Numbered from the stretch's first letter, positions 13,460-27,400 are shown. The stretch: 64,000 nucleotides of DNA from Tubiluchus corallicola (GCA_030141605.1 JAQGDQ010002371.1:186001-250000); one strand, 5' to 3'. Numbers and translations: made by a program. Notes: a model not told the origin generated them from the sequence alone.

Positions 13460-14182
13460 TATGGGGTGTCTCAAAGATCACTATGCACTTTGGTTTCTAA
13501 TCTTCTTTTTAATTTTTCTCCAATCTCAGCAAGTCCTTACATGTATCAAAAAGGTCCTTTGACAATTATTTTATTTATCTTTGACAAGAACCGCCGTTGC
13601 TGTTTGACGACAGTAACCTTAGAAAGTAAAGCGCAAAATCTCATCCGCCAAGAGCTCCTTCGATGACCATCTGAAGTTTAGTGGTAATTCAAGTAGCATA
13701 TGGACCAGTATTTTTTTCATTATTAGCAATGTAATTTTTCAGCAGCCCTTATTCGCTACTCATGGGGTGGGAGAGGCTTTCTCAATGTAAGGTACCGACA
13801 CTGGCTCCGTCTCCGAGGCTCTTTCGACTCATTACAGATTTGATGGATTTAACAATGCAAAATTTTTACAGGGCTACAACAGGCAAAAATAACGCATCTT
13901 CGTGAACCCGAAACAACAATTAGAAGTCATAGTACAAACATTTGAATGGTAGTACTTGCTGATGTTCGAAACTCATGTGTTAGTCATCGGCAGAAATGCT
14001 TTGACGAAAGTAGCGAAAATGGCAAACGCAATTAGTGTAGTAGTCCGTTTCGGATTCACGTCTAATTCAATTGAAAGAATTGGCAAAAAGTTTATCTGTG
14101 CCTATTTTCAAACATTTTTTTGTTGAAAGAATAGAGAAAAGAAAATATAAAGCGTCTGATAACTTCTTCTGAACACCCTGTT
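13460..14182. mobile_element. Possible Tc1/mariner-derived non-autonomous remnant
   Basis: The left end tatggggtgtctcaaa and right end ttctgaacaccctgt resemble degenerate tacagggtgt.. terminal inverted repeats. Confidence 0.3.
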
Positions 14183-14499
14183 TTGTAAATGTATGAAATG
14201 TTAATGACCATTATCGTACTAGTATTATTATACAATTTCTTGTTAAGCATTTGTTGCAAATTGTTAAACTAAGATTGAATAATGCGTTTATAAAGTCCTA
14301 CCATTTTTCGCACCCACTGCTGGTACCGTCCGAGATTCTACAAGCCGAATCCAACACTAGGATAAGGCCTTTAAAGAATTTCTGAAAAGTCATGCTTATT
14401 TAAATGTTCATTTTAATTTCCAAAATGCCATAATTATGAATGTTACAGTAAAACTCATATGCTATTACTGCAAAAAAGAGAACTATTTAGTGTTTTGTG

Positions 14500-14860
14500 G
14501 ACGTCAAATATTATAATCCCAACGTCATATAAACATTCAAGAAATTGAGTTGTAGGAGATCGTTTTGATAAAAGCCATGTTGCTCTTTTAACAATAAATC
14601 TTTTGTTTTTTTAAAGGTGTAGCGCACTATCAACAATATACATGTCCATTAATTTACGGCTTATACACGTGAGTGATACTTGCCTGTATTATACTGGCCA
14701 ATCTCCCTTTGTGTAAATAGGTATATCTTCAGCCAGTTTCCAAACATCAAGTATTACGCCATCTATAAATGACTTTTGAAATATAAGTAACAATGGAACA
14801 CATACATTATTCGCCATGTTTTTTAATGCCACCGGTATGCCGTCCGGATTCAGTTTTTTC
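14500..14860 (-). mobile_element. CR1/L2-like LINE reverse transcriptase fragment
   Basis: The minus strand reads PDGIPVALKNMANNVCVPLLLIFQKSFIDGVILDVWKLAEDIPIYTKGD and then EQHGF..RSPTTQFLE, typical N-terminal RT motifs. Frameshifted. Confidence 0.75.
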
Positions 14861-16495
14861 TTTACATCAGTTCACTGGTTTCAGTTCACTTATCATTTTT
14901 AATTGCAGCTGACAAGAAATCAACAACTGTCAACTATGCATGCACCGGCACCTTACTTTCCACAATAGCACTCCTTTATCCTTAACAAAATGGGATTCAA
15001 AGCATTTGTCAAAAGATTGGGTTTAGGCTTAGCTTTAGCCATCTGTAATAACAGAGCCGTATCGTCTTCTAAAGGGGATACCCATTAGCACGACATCGTT
15101 TCTTTCGAACATAATTAAAGAGCTTGTTGAGATCACCTTTACACAGAACTTTATAGCGAGACTGATGACTGACGAAGTTGGGTGAATTCCTCCAGCAAGT
15201 CCTGAATTGAACCAGCCAAATCATCACCATTTTACCTCGTAGGCGTTTACAGGATTTACGATTTGGTAACCTGTCATGGAGTGCCCTAGCACACGTTAGC
15301 TTAGTAACTCATTTCCGACTGCTTGGTATGGACCTGATATATGAACCAAACTTGACGTTTCTCTATATGAAAAAATTATTGATCTACTGACTACATAATT
15401 ATGGCTTTAAATAAAGTACCTATTGGCATCACTGGTAAATAGACAAAAGTCTAGTTTGCTACAGTGTGGCAACGCAGAAAACGCAATACATGCAACAAAT
15501 TTTATTAACAAGAAAATTTTTAAAAGCGATCTGAAAAGCAGTATTACTAAAAAGAGTAATAAGAAAATCTATGCTGCCGTGCATAAAGGGCAGGAAGTAC
15601 AAAATTTTGCTTTTGAAAAAAATGCAAATAAATTTTTGCATGACGTTTGAAAGTACTAATGAAGATAAAATTTTCTACACAACATGAGCATATAATTAAC
15701 TGCTAAGTAATATTAAATAGATTCAATACAACCTACTGCCTTGGTAGATAATGATCTTTAATTTTCCTAGATAGCCAACTAGCAGTACAGCTTCTTTTAA
15801 GTTTATGATTGAGTGGAAGATAAATGTGTACGATGATAATGCTATTTAGTCTGCAACAAAGGCGAAAATTTACTGTTTTTATATTCTGTACAGCAAGTGC
15901 CTAAGTATGAAATTTCATTATAAAGGAAGTTAGATCACCATCTGTTGGTAAGAATGCATCAAAATCTCAATGCTGTTAAAATTGTAGTTACTGCGTTTTA
16001 TTTTCTGTTGGGCAGTATGCCGATCCAAACTCGTACCGGCCTCAGTTGTAAGCTGGGTAGTTCTTTTCCCTTTAGCCTTACTGAAAGGTCAAACCATGGT
16101 CTTTGACCCCCTAATCAACGCTCCTCAGCATCAAGTAATTCACCAAATTAATGTATTGTCATTTGATCAAAATTACAGCCAACGAGTGAGCTGTAATTAC
16201 GCGCTAGTTTCGGGTTTGAAAACAGTGATACCCTGTTTGTCATTCCTGCAATTGAATCCCGAAATTACCAGGTTCTGACGCTGGTTCACCTTGATCGCCC
16301 TGTTTCAGTTCATCCCACAAACTTTATCAGGTTGATCTGATGTCATCCGTGATGCCAAATAGAAAACTACTAATTAGGTCAAGCCTTGGAGAAATAGAAT
16401 AAAAGTGAAATCCGATCACTGCAGTATCACAGTTAGCTGAGGTGACAGCGGTAACAACGTTGAGTTAGAACAAAGTTAGAAAAAAGACAGGAATC

Positions 16496-17966
16496 ATGCT
16501 TGCTTTTGTTGGACTTTTTGCATTTCTATGGGTAAGTGAAATTTCTATGTCAATTTTTATTCCAGTTCAGCTAAATTTTAGGTTACTTTTAATATTACAA
16601 ATTTAGCTGCCAATTACTTATAACTTTATTTCATTTTATTAAAATGTTTGACAGTGGTTTGAAAATGTTTTGAAAAAGTTAACATCGTGACCAGAAATAA
16701 ATCTGTAAAACATGGTATTTGCTACATGAAAATAACGCAATTCAATGCATCATTGCGGTTTACAATTGACGTGTAATCCCGTGATAAAATCGTAATGCTG
16801 AAATGCCTGAACCATTTTTGCTTGTGTGTTAATTAGCTGTTACTTACTCATTTCGAAGTTTATTTATACTACTAAAAGGAAAATGTATTTGCAGATAAGC
16901 ACGTCTGCTATGTACATGCCCCCATCATACTACACGGAAATGCGGGGCAATGGTTTACCGGAAAGAGTTCTAAAACATCCGGACGCCGAGTATGCGTCCG
17001 ACACTGTACGAGCAAAACTTGCCGACGAAGACGAACGCTTCAGCCTTTTTGATCGAAACCTGTACTATGATATTCCCAAAGACCAGCGCTTCAAGTCCAA
17101 GGAGAGGGCTACAACTTACAAGGACATTGATGATGAAATTAGCCACAATACGTATCTCCGCCGTGCTAGACTGGATGATTACAATGGTCCAAATCTGAGA
17201 CAGTTTGAAAGGAGGGAACAATTCGAAAACAAACCAGCACAGCAGTTTTTCAGCGATCAGGAGAAAGGAGAACACATGACAGCTTTAACGGGACACGGAG
17301 TAGGAAGGTATAAGACGATTAGCCAGTTTCTTTGACTGACTGATTGGTTGATTGAATGAATTATTGATTGATCGAGTGATAGACTTTTTTATTTGGTTGA
17401 TTTATTACCGTATTGCGAAACAGGTTGGCCGGACCGACTGAAAGCTCCATGTCCTAAGCCCTTCTGTAGGCTTGTAAAGTATTGCACTTTCAATACGAAT
17501 TTGAAGGTCTAAACCTAAACCCAAAGAGCATCTTCAGCAGGGGGCAAAACGACTAACTTGAGGATAAATAATTGTTAGTAAAAAAAGTAACACAGTGAAA
17601 CTCAGACATTTTGACTGAAATGTAAGAAAACGGCTAAAATAAAGTAGATAGTTTGACAAGAAAATTACATTACTGATGTTTTTCAGCTACCGCAGAAACC
17701 TTGGTTATATTCTTGGACCAGAATCGGGCAAATACAACAGAGTTCTCGACTACAGATACAGACCTGGCTTCGACGAGAACGACGATGGCTCTTCCCTTCC
17801 TGGTCGGTTGTTCTTCACAAATAGAGGACGCTTCCCAACTGAGGAGGAACAAGCGGAAGCCGCCGAAATTGCTGCCAACTCTAACAGATTTGGCATCCCC
17901 AATCTTGGCAACTTGAAGAGAGTTGGGGCATTAGAGAGACGGTTGGGCTCGCCTAATATTATTTAA
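16496..17966 (+). CDS. Gene B: predicted secreted orphan protein (~242 aa), YYDIP-domain family
   Basis: Exons 16496-16531 (MLAFVGLFAFLW|gtaagt), 16895-17307 and 17687-17966 join in frame (phases 0,2). Signal-peptide-like N-terminus MLAFVGLFAFLWISTSA. Colinear similarity with gene C is strong. Confidence 0.85.
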
Positions 17967-18599
17967 ATGCTGTGTGATTATGAAAGACAAACCAGGGCAC
18001 GTATTTTATTGTTCAGCACTTTTCTATTCTCAGGAAAAATTCATATAGTTCCACATTTTTATTAGTAATTCGTTTTTTACAGTATGAAGAATAATTTGTA
18101 TGGTAATTTGCTTACCGTTAAGCCTTGTGTGTTATTAGAGTTTTCAGAGAATGTTTTAGTTAAAATTCTTGTTTTAAAAATGTTAGCAAACTCAATTGCC
18201 AATTTACATTCAGCAAATATCAGTGAAAACTATGCTCACTTTATTATGTAATATTATATAAGTTTATAAATAAGAGTAATTTACTTAACCAGGTAAAATC
18301 AATAAATCTAAGTACCACTTATGCTTATAAATATTGTTTTTTGTACACTCTATTACTGTAGCACCATAGCTTCTTATGCAACGCACGGAGCTTTTTTTAA
18401 AAAAATTCAAAATTTTTTGCAATACGTCATTACACCACAACACAATTTAGAGTGAATGCGTCAAGTTCACTATGCTACAAACAACTATACTAAAAATATT
18501 AATAATGATACATATACTTCTATCTGTACTAGCAGTCTAGCACAAGTGACTGTCGCTTTAAGAAATGTTTTTGTAGTATAACGAGAATTAAGAAACATG

Positions 18600-21034
18600 T
18601 TAATATCTTCTAGAATAAGTTTTCGTATATCGTTTCGCAGTTGGACGCACATCAGAAAGAGATCCATAATGGGGAAGTCCAAAAGTTATCTTTTTTGCCT
18701 GACTGGAATGCGTTTTTGTTCCACGCGCTGAACCAAAACGGCCGTAATTAGTGAAAAAGCTGCGATCCGGAAGGATCTCCCCGTCATCTTTGTCATCAAA
18801 CTCTGGTCTGCTTCTGTAATCAATCGCTCTCACGTAGCTTCCATTTTCTTCTCCGTTTTGAAAACTCAACTGCCTACGGTAACTGAAAATAAAGGTAAAA
18901 CATGTAACATAAGTTAGCAAAGCACTAAAGTTGTAAGCAGCACACGAAGGATGAACAAACAAATGCAAACAGATAAACCAACAAACAAAGAAAATGAAGT
19001 GCAAATCATGCTGAATACGCTTGACTAAATAGTACCAGCATCTATATCTCTGCTTCTACTTGGCAATGGATCAAGTTACTCAACATAATTATTAGCATAC
19101 CCAATAAAATTGTTATCATTGAGTACGGTTTGATTGTTGGTAATTAGTCAAAGTAACTGATGAGCCAGGGCCAATAAAATGACTACCTGTTGTTTAGCCG
19201 CTAAAGTAATGTAATTAACGTTTCAGCAAAACAGCAGCTTAGCGGCCGTGAAGCTGATAGTTAATCAACTGACAGTCAGTAAATAAATACGAAATGGTGA
19301 CTTACGTGGTGAACGAATACACTCAGTTGATGTGTTACCGTGCTTAAACCATAAAAAATATAGTTAACGAGCTTCAAACAGAATATAAGAAGTGTTTATG
19401 TAATGTTTGATACATTTGTTTTTACTACAAAGTGCAATGCTCATTTAAATCGGTTCGTCAAGCATATAAACTTTATGCCCAGCATACATTCTTAACAGTA
19501 AAAGGACGTATTAGTTTAGAGATTATTGGAGTCACTGTAAGCTTTCCAGAAAGACACAATGCATTCGCAAACTGCTCCCTGTAGTGGATTGTGAACAAAA
19601 TCGCCAAAACATTACAATTACAAATTTCTTCCCTAAAGAATGACAACCCATTGTAAATAGTAAACACAGTACTTACTTTCCCGTTCCACTACCGGATAAG
19701 TCAGTGATATGGTTACCAATCTCGGCATTCCCATAATATCGACTTTCTGGATTGTTCTCATAGAGGTCGCTTCTCTGGTAATGACGCCACAAGGGACCTT
19801 GATATTTGTCCAGTCTTGCTTTGCGTAGGTAGACATCTTGTCGAATGTCCTTGTCAGCATTCAGGTAAGCCATGGCTGCTTCTTTTGATCCGAATTTCTC
19901 ATCCTTGGGAATATCGTAATACAGTTTTCTTTTATAAAGGTTAAATGATTCGTCGTCATCCGCAAGCTGTCCTTGGATGATGTCTGACCGGAACTGCGCA
20001 GTGGGATGCTCCAGGACTCTAGTGGGCAGCCCGTTATCATCAAAAGCATTTGATTTTTGCTGCTGCCCACGGCTTCCAAATGTCTTATATGGTGTACTAC
20101 TGGACTTCTGGCTGGGTGATACCTGGAACTGTTTCAAATGAGTGACCCCATTGCTTGACGTCGACGTATTCCAAGCGTAAACGCCTTTGTCGTCGTGGCT
20201 ATTTCGTCGCCCGCCATAGGAATAAGCAAAGGTGACCTGAAGTCCGAAACAGCAGAGTTTAACAGAGCTTGCAGTTTGCATAATTGTTTGATTAATTGCA
20301 CACAGTTTTTTCTAGGTGTTGTAAAACACGTGAAAAATAGAAAGAACAAACAGGCAACAAACGACTCTCATCAACGAATTATAATTTCAGTGAGAAAAGA
20401 AAAACAACTGTGTAAAAATTTGTCGCATATTTACTTATTACAAATCATGAAATCAGTCTGTATTTTTTCCATATTATTGTGTAAACAATAAACGTATAAG
20501 ACATAAAAATAACTTTTTGTGTAATTCAGCACTCAGTGACAGGATGCCTATTTAATGAACGAGGTTGTGGTGTGACTGGAACCCAGCTCATTATCACGTC
20601 TAACATGAGAGACGGAACCGACAGAGGTGTCTTAGCCATGTCTGGATGCAAACATACACTCTTCCTGAAATACGTAAATAGCAGCGAACCCCAGCCCCGC
20701 GAAGTACTCCTGGAGGTCACTTTTTCTGACAATGCTTGGTGTCGCTCAACTTTTGTCTTGCAGTTATTTCCCTGACCTTAAATTGCATTAGGCACAATAA
20801 AGTAGTATATATTGGAAAAGCAATGATTAAATGCATTTACTCAATTGGTCAATTTAAAATAAAACCATTTTCACACAAGAAATACCGAACCCCATATGTG
20901 CGCTGTGCTCTAACCAACTGTAATGTTAATACTTACGAACTTTTTTACAATATACGAAAATAACTAGTTACTATACTATTGTAATTTATATGTCTACTTA
21001 CTGTAATGCAGAGGAAAAATACGAATACCTTCAT
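18600..21034 (-). CDS. Gene C: predicted secreted orphan protein (~291 aa), YYDIP-domain family, paralogue of gene B
   Basis: Exons 21034-21002 (MKVFVFFLCIT|gtaagt), 20236-19677 and 18882-18600 join in frame (phases 0,2). It shares NGLP.RVL.HP, LAD.DE.F.L..R.LYYDIPKD..F.SKE, YLR.ARLD.Y.GP, YRR.L and DYR.RP.FD..DDG..LP.R.FFTN.GRF with gene B. Confidence 0.85.
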
Positions 21035-21118
21035 CTTGTACTGTCGAGCAATAAGAAAACAAGACCAAGTTTGGTTATAGATTGATTAATTATGGCTGCT
21101 TGTTCTTGTACAATGTTG

Positions 21119-21129
21119 CTTATATATAA
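21119..21129 (-). promoter_or_regulatory. Candidate TATA box of gene C
   Basis: tatatataa on the minus strand about 90 bp upstream of the ATG at 21034. Confidence 0.45.
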
Positions 21130-22852
21130 GTTTTCTCTTGGATTCACTCGGCTTTACAAACAGACTTTATTTTTCAAATATGACAGTCAGTCACGAGAAA
21201 ACCGGACCACGGTTAATTACAAAAAATTACGTTACATAGTTCATCTGTGATGTGAAGGTCGTCGAAGTTTTCTTAACTTTACTCGTTTGATTAAGCATCT
21301 TTGTTGCCATCTTAGAATGGATCAAACGCGATTAATTATAGTAATTTCCAGTTTGAATGTTGATTTATGAAGTAACGGTAGGGTGTGTGCATGTGTGTTG
21401 CTGCAAGCAACACGACTTCGCTTTTATTATCATGTGTTGATTTTTTGTGCGGAAATGCGCATATCGTTACGATAACCTTAAGATAATGTTTTAAAAATTT
21501 GAAACCGCTTTTTGTTTTATAAAATTAAGGTTAATTTTAATTTAGAAGTTGCCTGCTTTCTTACTTGCCTGTATACTTGCCTCAATTATGAACGGAATTT
21601 TAGTTGCATCCCATTGCCGGGGAATCCAATGTGAGTGCTCGGACGTTAGTCTAGTGGAATTCCTGCTTCATGGACAGACCCTATTCGTAAAATTCGCATA
21701 AATGTACAAACCTTCGAATCTATGTTGAACGGTGGGCCATAATGACAGGTTGATTCTAACGCTTAATATCTGCCTTCCCGTAAGTCTTGAAAAACTGAGC
21801 TTCCCAGTTTCCCTTTTGCGAGTTCCATTGTGGCCGTAAATTACACTGCAACATTTGTCAGTCCATCCAAGGTTAGGCTATATGTTTTTATGAATGAACC
21901 AAATCAGTAAGAAAGCAGCATATCGCGTGACGGGATTTTCCTTTGAATGAAACGCGTGTTTTAATGCTGTTTGAGGCAAGTTCTTTAAAGCTGAAGAAAA
22001 TACTTATCCTTAAACACAACAGTGAACATTGGTACCTCAAGTAATGAGCGTGAGAACTGGTCTAATATTGATTTTGTCGTGACATCTTATGTTGTAACCA
22101 AATAAATTTCATTCAAATTTCATGATTGCAGATATTCATGTTATCATTTAGGATAAACTGGAAGGTCGTTCCAAAATTTTTTAATCGGAAATGACAAGAT
22201 AAAATTCTGCCCACGTTTTGTATATTGATTATATTAGATTTGTTTTAATAATGATGTCTTTCAATCATCTTCACAGTGTTAACATTATATTAAATGGGTC
22301 ATTTTTAGCATGGGTTACGTGAGACAGTGGGGATAATGAATGACATGCTATGTAAATTATTTGCAATTGTAATTGCTTTGAAAAAAATAAAAGAATAAAA
22401 GTCGGCAGTGGCTTATAAACCTTGCCCCCAATTTTGCCTCAAGTAATCTTGCTGCCTCAATTAACCCCATTTTACTTACTCTTAATTATCTTTTAGTATT
22501 TTAATACAGTACTTTATTCCATTAAAGTTTGTTTCAGCACACTACAATGTTGTGTAAATAATATAAACTTACACTAAGAAACACCAATTCGTGAACTACC
22601 AAAATACAGGTACTAAAGTGGAATATAAGCAATTTATATATTTTTTAAATAGATCATCTGTTAAAGACCAGTTATTTTATATAAATCTGTAATTATACTA
22701 ATTTATCCCAGACCAATCCCAAACCAATCAGGAACATTGGGCACACGTATCGCGCAGATACTTGAAAACACAATACGTATTTACGCAAATACCATGTTTT
22801 AATTTTTATATTTAAATGGTATTTTAGCGGCATATATGAGGTGATTACAAAT

Positions 22853-23830
22853 AAAAATGGCACAGGAAAAATGGCTTGTAAAAATGGCATAACAAAAATG
22901 AAACAAATGAAAAAATATACAAAAATGGCACAGGTAAAAATGGCACAGGAAGAAATGGCATAGGAAAATATGGCACAGGAAAAAATGGCACAAATGGATG
23001 GAAAAGTGGGTAAAAATGGCAAAGGTAAAAACGGCAAACAAAAAAATGCGCACTTAGTAAAATATGTGTTTAGGGTTATAGTTAGAGTGGGGAGATAATT
23101 ATTTTAGCTGGTTTTACCTTTGCCAGGCTTGAAGCTATGCTTGAACACAGTTTGTTTGGTTGTTTTTGTCTGTTATGGCAGTAAGTCTATTACGCAAAAA
23201 CTATCTAACAGATTTCCAAGAAACTTTGTTAAGAAAGGTGGGCTTAGGGTACCAAAATGAGAGTCTTTTAGCCGGTACTTTTCAGGCAAAACTTAATCGA
23301 ATACTACGAACAAACAAAAAACATCCGTAAAGTACTTCGAGAAGATCTCAGAGGGAGTGTTTAGTACTTCTTTTTTGTTACCTCCACCTAACTTTTTTTA
23401 TTAATTTGTATATCCTAATAAGGAGACTTGTAGGTATATATTCTTCAATTTATTAAAATCGTCAGATTAAAGGTAGATAAGCACTATGTGGAACATTCGT
23501 GCATTATTGATTATAAATCTATTCAATGAACAAATATTTCGCTATTCTATACTCTTTATTATTATACCAATACAGGCACATTTTTGTACGTTTGTTGTTT
23601 ATCTTTCTGTTAAGTTTTTCAAATAAAGAATCAGACGAACGAACAAGTTTAGGATTGTTTGGCTTTAACTGAAATCTGCTTCATATTGAGCCCATTCTAG
23701 TTTTATTATAAAAATTAACTGCATCAAAATAATATATGTGCCATTTTTCCTACTTTTCCATTTGTACCATTTTTTCGTGTGCCATTTTTCCTGTACCAGT
23801 TTTTTCCTGTGCCATTTTTACCGCACACCA
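22853..23830. mobile_element. MITE-like element with inverted arrays of a ~15-bp AAAAATGGCACAGG unit
   Basis: About 12 degenerate copies of aaaaatggcacagg at 22853-23052. Reverse-complement copies (gtgccatttttcc) at 23738-23822. Confidence 0.65.
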
Positions 23831-24423
23831 TATGGGGCTGTGATCTAATATAAACCAAAATTTTTTGAAAGCGTTGATAACTATATATCAAGAGTGATGA
23901 AGAGAGCCGACAAACAAATGGATTAAACGGCTATAAAATGGAAACAAGAAATCACTGAACACAATGCGTATCATAAAGAAGACCACCTCTGCGGCTTTCT
24001 AAAAAGGAATTGTGCTGTTAACGTCGGCAGCTTTGTTTTGTCAAACCAGACTTTTAATGCAGCGTCCATCTGGAGCTATTGTCTCTTCCCTCAGCGCAAT
24101 CCCAAACGTTATAAAACTAATCTGGGCTTAGACCTGGTGAGCACAGATATTTCGCAGCACCTGAAAGCGAAGTGCCTTAATTAAATTCTTCAGGTAATGA
24201 GAAATATTCGTGAGACTGCCTCAAAACAAAAGAGGTTGTAAACTGGCTCATCCTTTAACAAAGTCCACCCATCAAAACCGGACGGGTTAGGTGCTTGAGT
24301 ATTCTTTTGGAATAAGGTATTTTGATTAGTAAACAACAAATCAGGAGAGTTATAAGAGGCAGGTCTTCGAGTATCGTCTCATTGTAGCCAAGGAAGAGAA
24401 TCGTTGTTCACATGTCTGTCACC

Positions 24424-27400
24424 ATGAAGTCTACATTGGTAGCTGTTGCACTGGTTTTGGTTATGTTCCAGCTTCATGGTATGTTATTACTTACTAAAAT
24501 TTTCGCTTATATCGTTAAAGTTTTGTGCATAAGATCACTTTTGGGGGGTAAGCTGTTCAGAATATGTCTACTACGGAATCGCAGTTAACAACTTTTTTAG
24601 CTATGTGAGTTGTTAGCAATAAAAGCCAGAAAAAGACCTTCCCTTTTGAACTGTTTTGTCTCTTTGTTGCTAAGCTACTTTCAGTCATTTCTATGCAGTG
24701 GAAGAATTCTTCCGTTTTAAAGTTAATTTCATGGTATTTCGTTGTATGGGGGATATTAAAATGTGTTTGCTTACTTGGCAACACACAGTGACCAGAAACT
24801 CATAAGTCATGATTCTTGCACTTGTTATTTTCCTTATTCAGATAACAGGTAACAGTGTTATTATTCAAGAGTTTACTTTAATATAACTTTATTGTGTTAC
24901 AACTTTAACAATTATTATGTTACATTTACGTAAGTTCACTTTTTATTTTGACGTGTTTTTGCTCAGCTGTCTAACTTCACATTGCTCAAGAACGTAATTT
25001 TCAGTTTACTTGCTCAACATATTAATACTGTTTAATCTAATTATTACGTTGTACGAGGAATTGCGGATTTGCCGTCAAGTTCTATTGATATAGAGACTAA
25101 AGAGAAACAAAAAAACTCATATACTATTTACAGATTCGCGTCTAAGTAAAACACAAATTTAATTTTTCCATCTGGCCAAATGTTCCATCGCTTTAATTAT
25201 ACCTCGTGTTGAAAAAAATTGAAAAAGGAAAAGTAATTTCAATAAATGCGCCCGCAATTAAAAAAGGCACATCAACGTTCTTTGTTTTGTGGCCAGCTGC
25301 TCCAGCACAATGGAAATGGAATAGTTATAATTAAAAAGAATCATAAATTTTCAGAAAATAGTCATCTTTTAATATTATGCTAAATACGTACATTTGTTAA
25401 TTCATCCATATCATTGTTCGTTCGTTCTTTTATACTATTATCAATACATTAATTTCAGTGCAAATACTCAGTATTTATATTTAAATAGGCTTATACACAA
25501 TTTCAGTTGAGTTAAAAATTGTACCTGTATAATTACGAGTGTCAAATTTCTATGTATTGTATTAAATTTACCGAAAAAGAAAATCTAAAATTTTATCAAT
25601 AGCATGTAAATGCGTTGGTATAAAACGTTTTATCTCCTTTACTTTTCTGTCACAGTGTTATTCATTAAAAAGTAAATACTGTTTGTAAATAAAATGCACT
25701 ACAACCTTACATAAAATCAAAAATTCTTTGCATCCTTTGCTTATGATTTAGAAATGCATAATTTAAATATTGATGACATTTTCGCTCGCTTGTAACCGAA
25801 CTGCTAGTCAAAATTACTTCCTAATCAATAAAAATATTCTGTATTTCAGATCTCCTGTAAATGACAGTTTAAAACTCCAGGAATTTTTGAAAGTACCTTT
25901 CATAGTACATCATGCTCGGTTTTTCTTTTGATCTGTAAACCTGTTTACATAACCATAATAATTAGCATGTTTTTATTAGTTAGCTTCGTCTGAATTTAGC
26001 CTATTATTTGACTTATTTTAACTTACCTGAATATAGATTTCTAGACTTAATCGCTAGACATATGTTCTAACTTTAAACAAACTAAGATTTTAACACTATT
26101 AAATGTAATATTGTGTGGCAGTTACCGTACTGTTCTTTCGTAGCAGACGTGCATTCAGTACTTCTAGCAACTTTACACAAAAATAAAAACAATATAATCA
26201 CACTAGAAAAGAGAATCTGGTATAAAAATTATTAATGTCACGAACCTCCTGAATAGGAGATAACTCCGATCATTTAGCCGAGAAGCAATTTCTTCTCCTT
26301 TTTTATAATAGGATAGGTTAATTCTTTCCCGGTATTGATTAACTGACTGAGTAATATAAATAAACTAATCAATGAATAAATGAATAGATGGATTGGTGGC
26401 TAATCGAATGAAAAATAGTTGAGTGAATGATGCATGAATGGATGGAAAAATGAACGAGTAAATGAATGCACGAACGAGCCAACGACTGAATGAATGAATG
26501 AACGAATAAACGAATGAATCAAAGAACGAACGAACGAGTGAGTAGTGGGTGAGTGAGTGAATGAGTGAATGAATGAATGAATGAATGACTGAGTGAGTGA
26601 GAGAGCGAATGAATGAGTGAGTGAGTGATTGAGTGAGTGAGTGAATGAGTGAGTGAGAGGGAGTGAGTGAGTGAGCAATCGAGTGAGTGAGTGAGTGAGT
26701 GAGTGAGTGAGTGAATGCGTGAGTGAGCGAGCGAATGGGTTAACGCATTAACTGATTAGCAAAGATATATTAAAAATTAAGCTTTTGATTCCCAAAACGC
26801 CAATTAACTTTAAGATTTCCGCGTGGATGAAACTTTCTTGTTTAAATATAACCAAATGGCGATTTCAAAAAGATATCAGAGTAAACTTCAAAGGAGATCA
26901 CTGAAAAATTTTGCATTTTTTTTTATTTTATGAATAGCTTCTTACTAAGGGAAAAGCTGTACCTGCTGTAATTAACAGGCTTACTGAATATGTAGTTAGG
27001 TTATCTTTGCAATTTGCGCTAATATTGTTTACCAAGCTCAAACGAGTTTTGAGGACTAAATGACTTCTAGGCGGGGCATAATAAAAATAAAACGTTGAAC
27101 GTATACCCCTGAAGTGTTGCCATTTCTGGCCAATTGCTGATGCAAAGAAGCCTATGGCTGAGGGGAATTTTGTTTGGAAGACCGTCTTCGCCTCTATATT
27201 TTAACAGGATCGGAACTTTGTGTCGATCCTTTCCTAGACTGGTGGGTAAATGCCGTATTTCATGAAGAAAATCATCAACGGGCTAATAAACCAATTTTTA
27301 TTACAGTTTGACCAAGTTTGTACGATTTTTAACTTAAACGTAACCACATGCACCACAACCACAACCACATACTACTTCCTTATAATTAATGTTATAAATA

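Noticed and set aside
16081-16390. Nuclear-receptor-like sites (AGGTCA/TGACCC, CAAGG) upstream of gene B and near other cluster genes
   Set aside because: Short motifs expected by chance; no enrichment test is possible here.
20329-20370. Alternative signal-peptide exon for gene C (MRVVCCLFVLSIFH, minus strand)
   Set aside because: The donor is weak (gtgttt). The exon at 21034-21002 has a perfect gtaagt donor and an upstream TATA box, so it is preferred. Alternative use cannot be excluded.
20520-20780. GC-richer segment with short ORFs on both strands in gene C intron 1
   Set aside because: No recognisable protein motif and no in-phase splice sites that keep the gene C frame; probably a repeat remnant.
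22693-23053. Cys/Phe/His-rich minus-strand ORFs
   Set aside because: Translations of the 15-bp repeat array.
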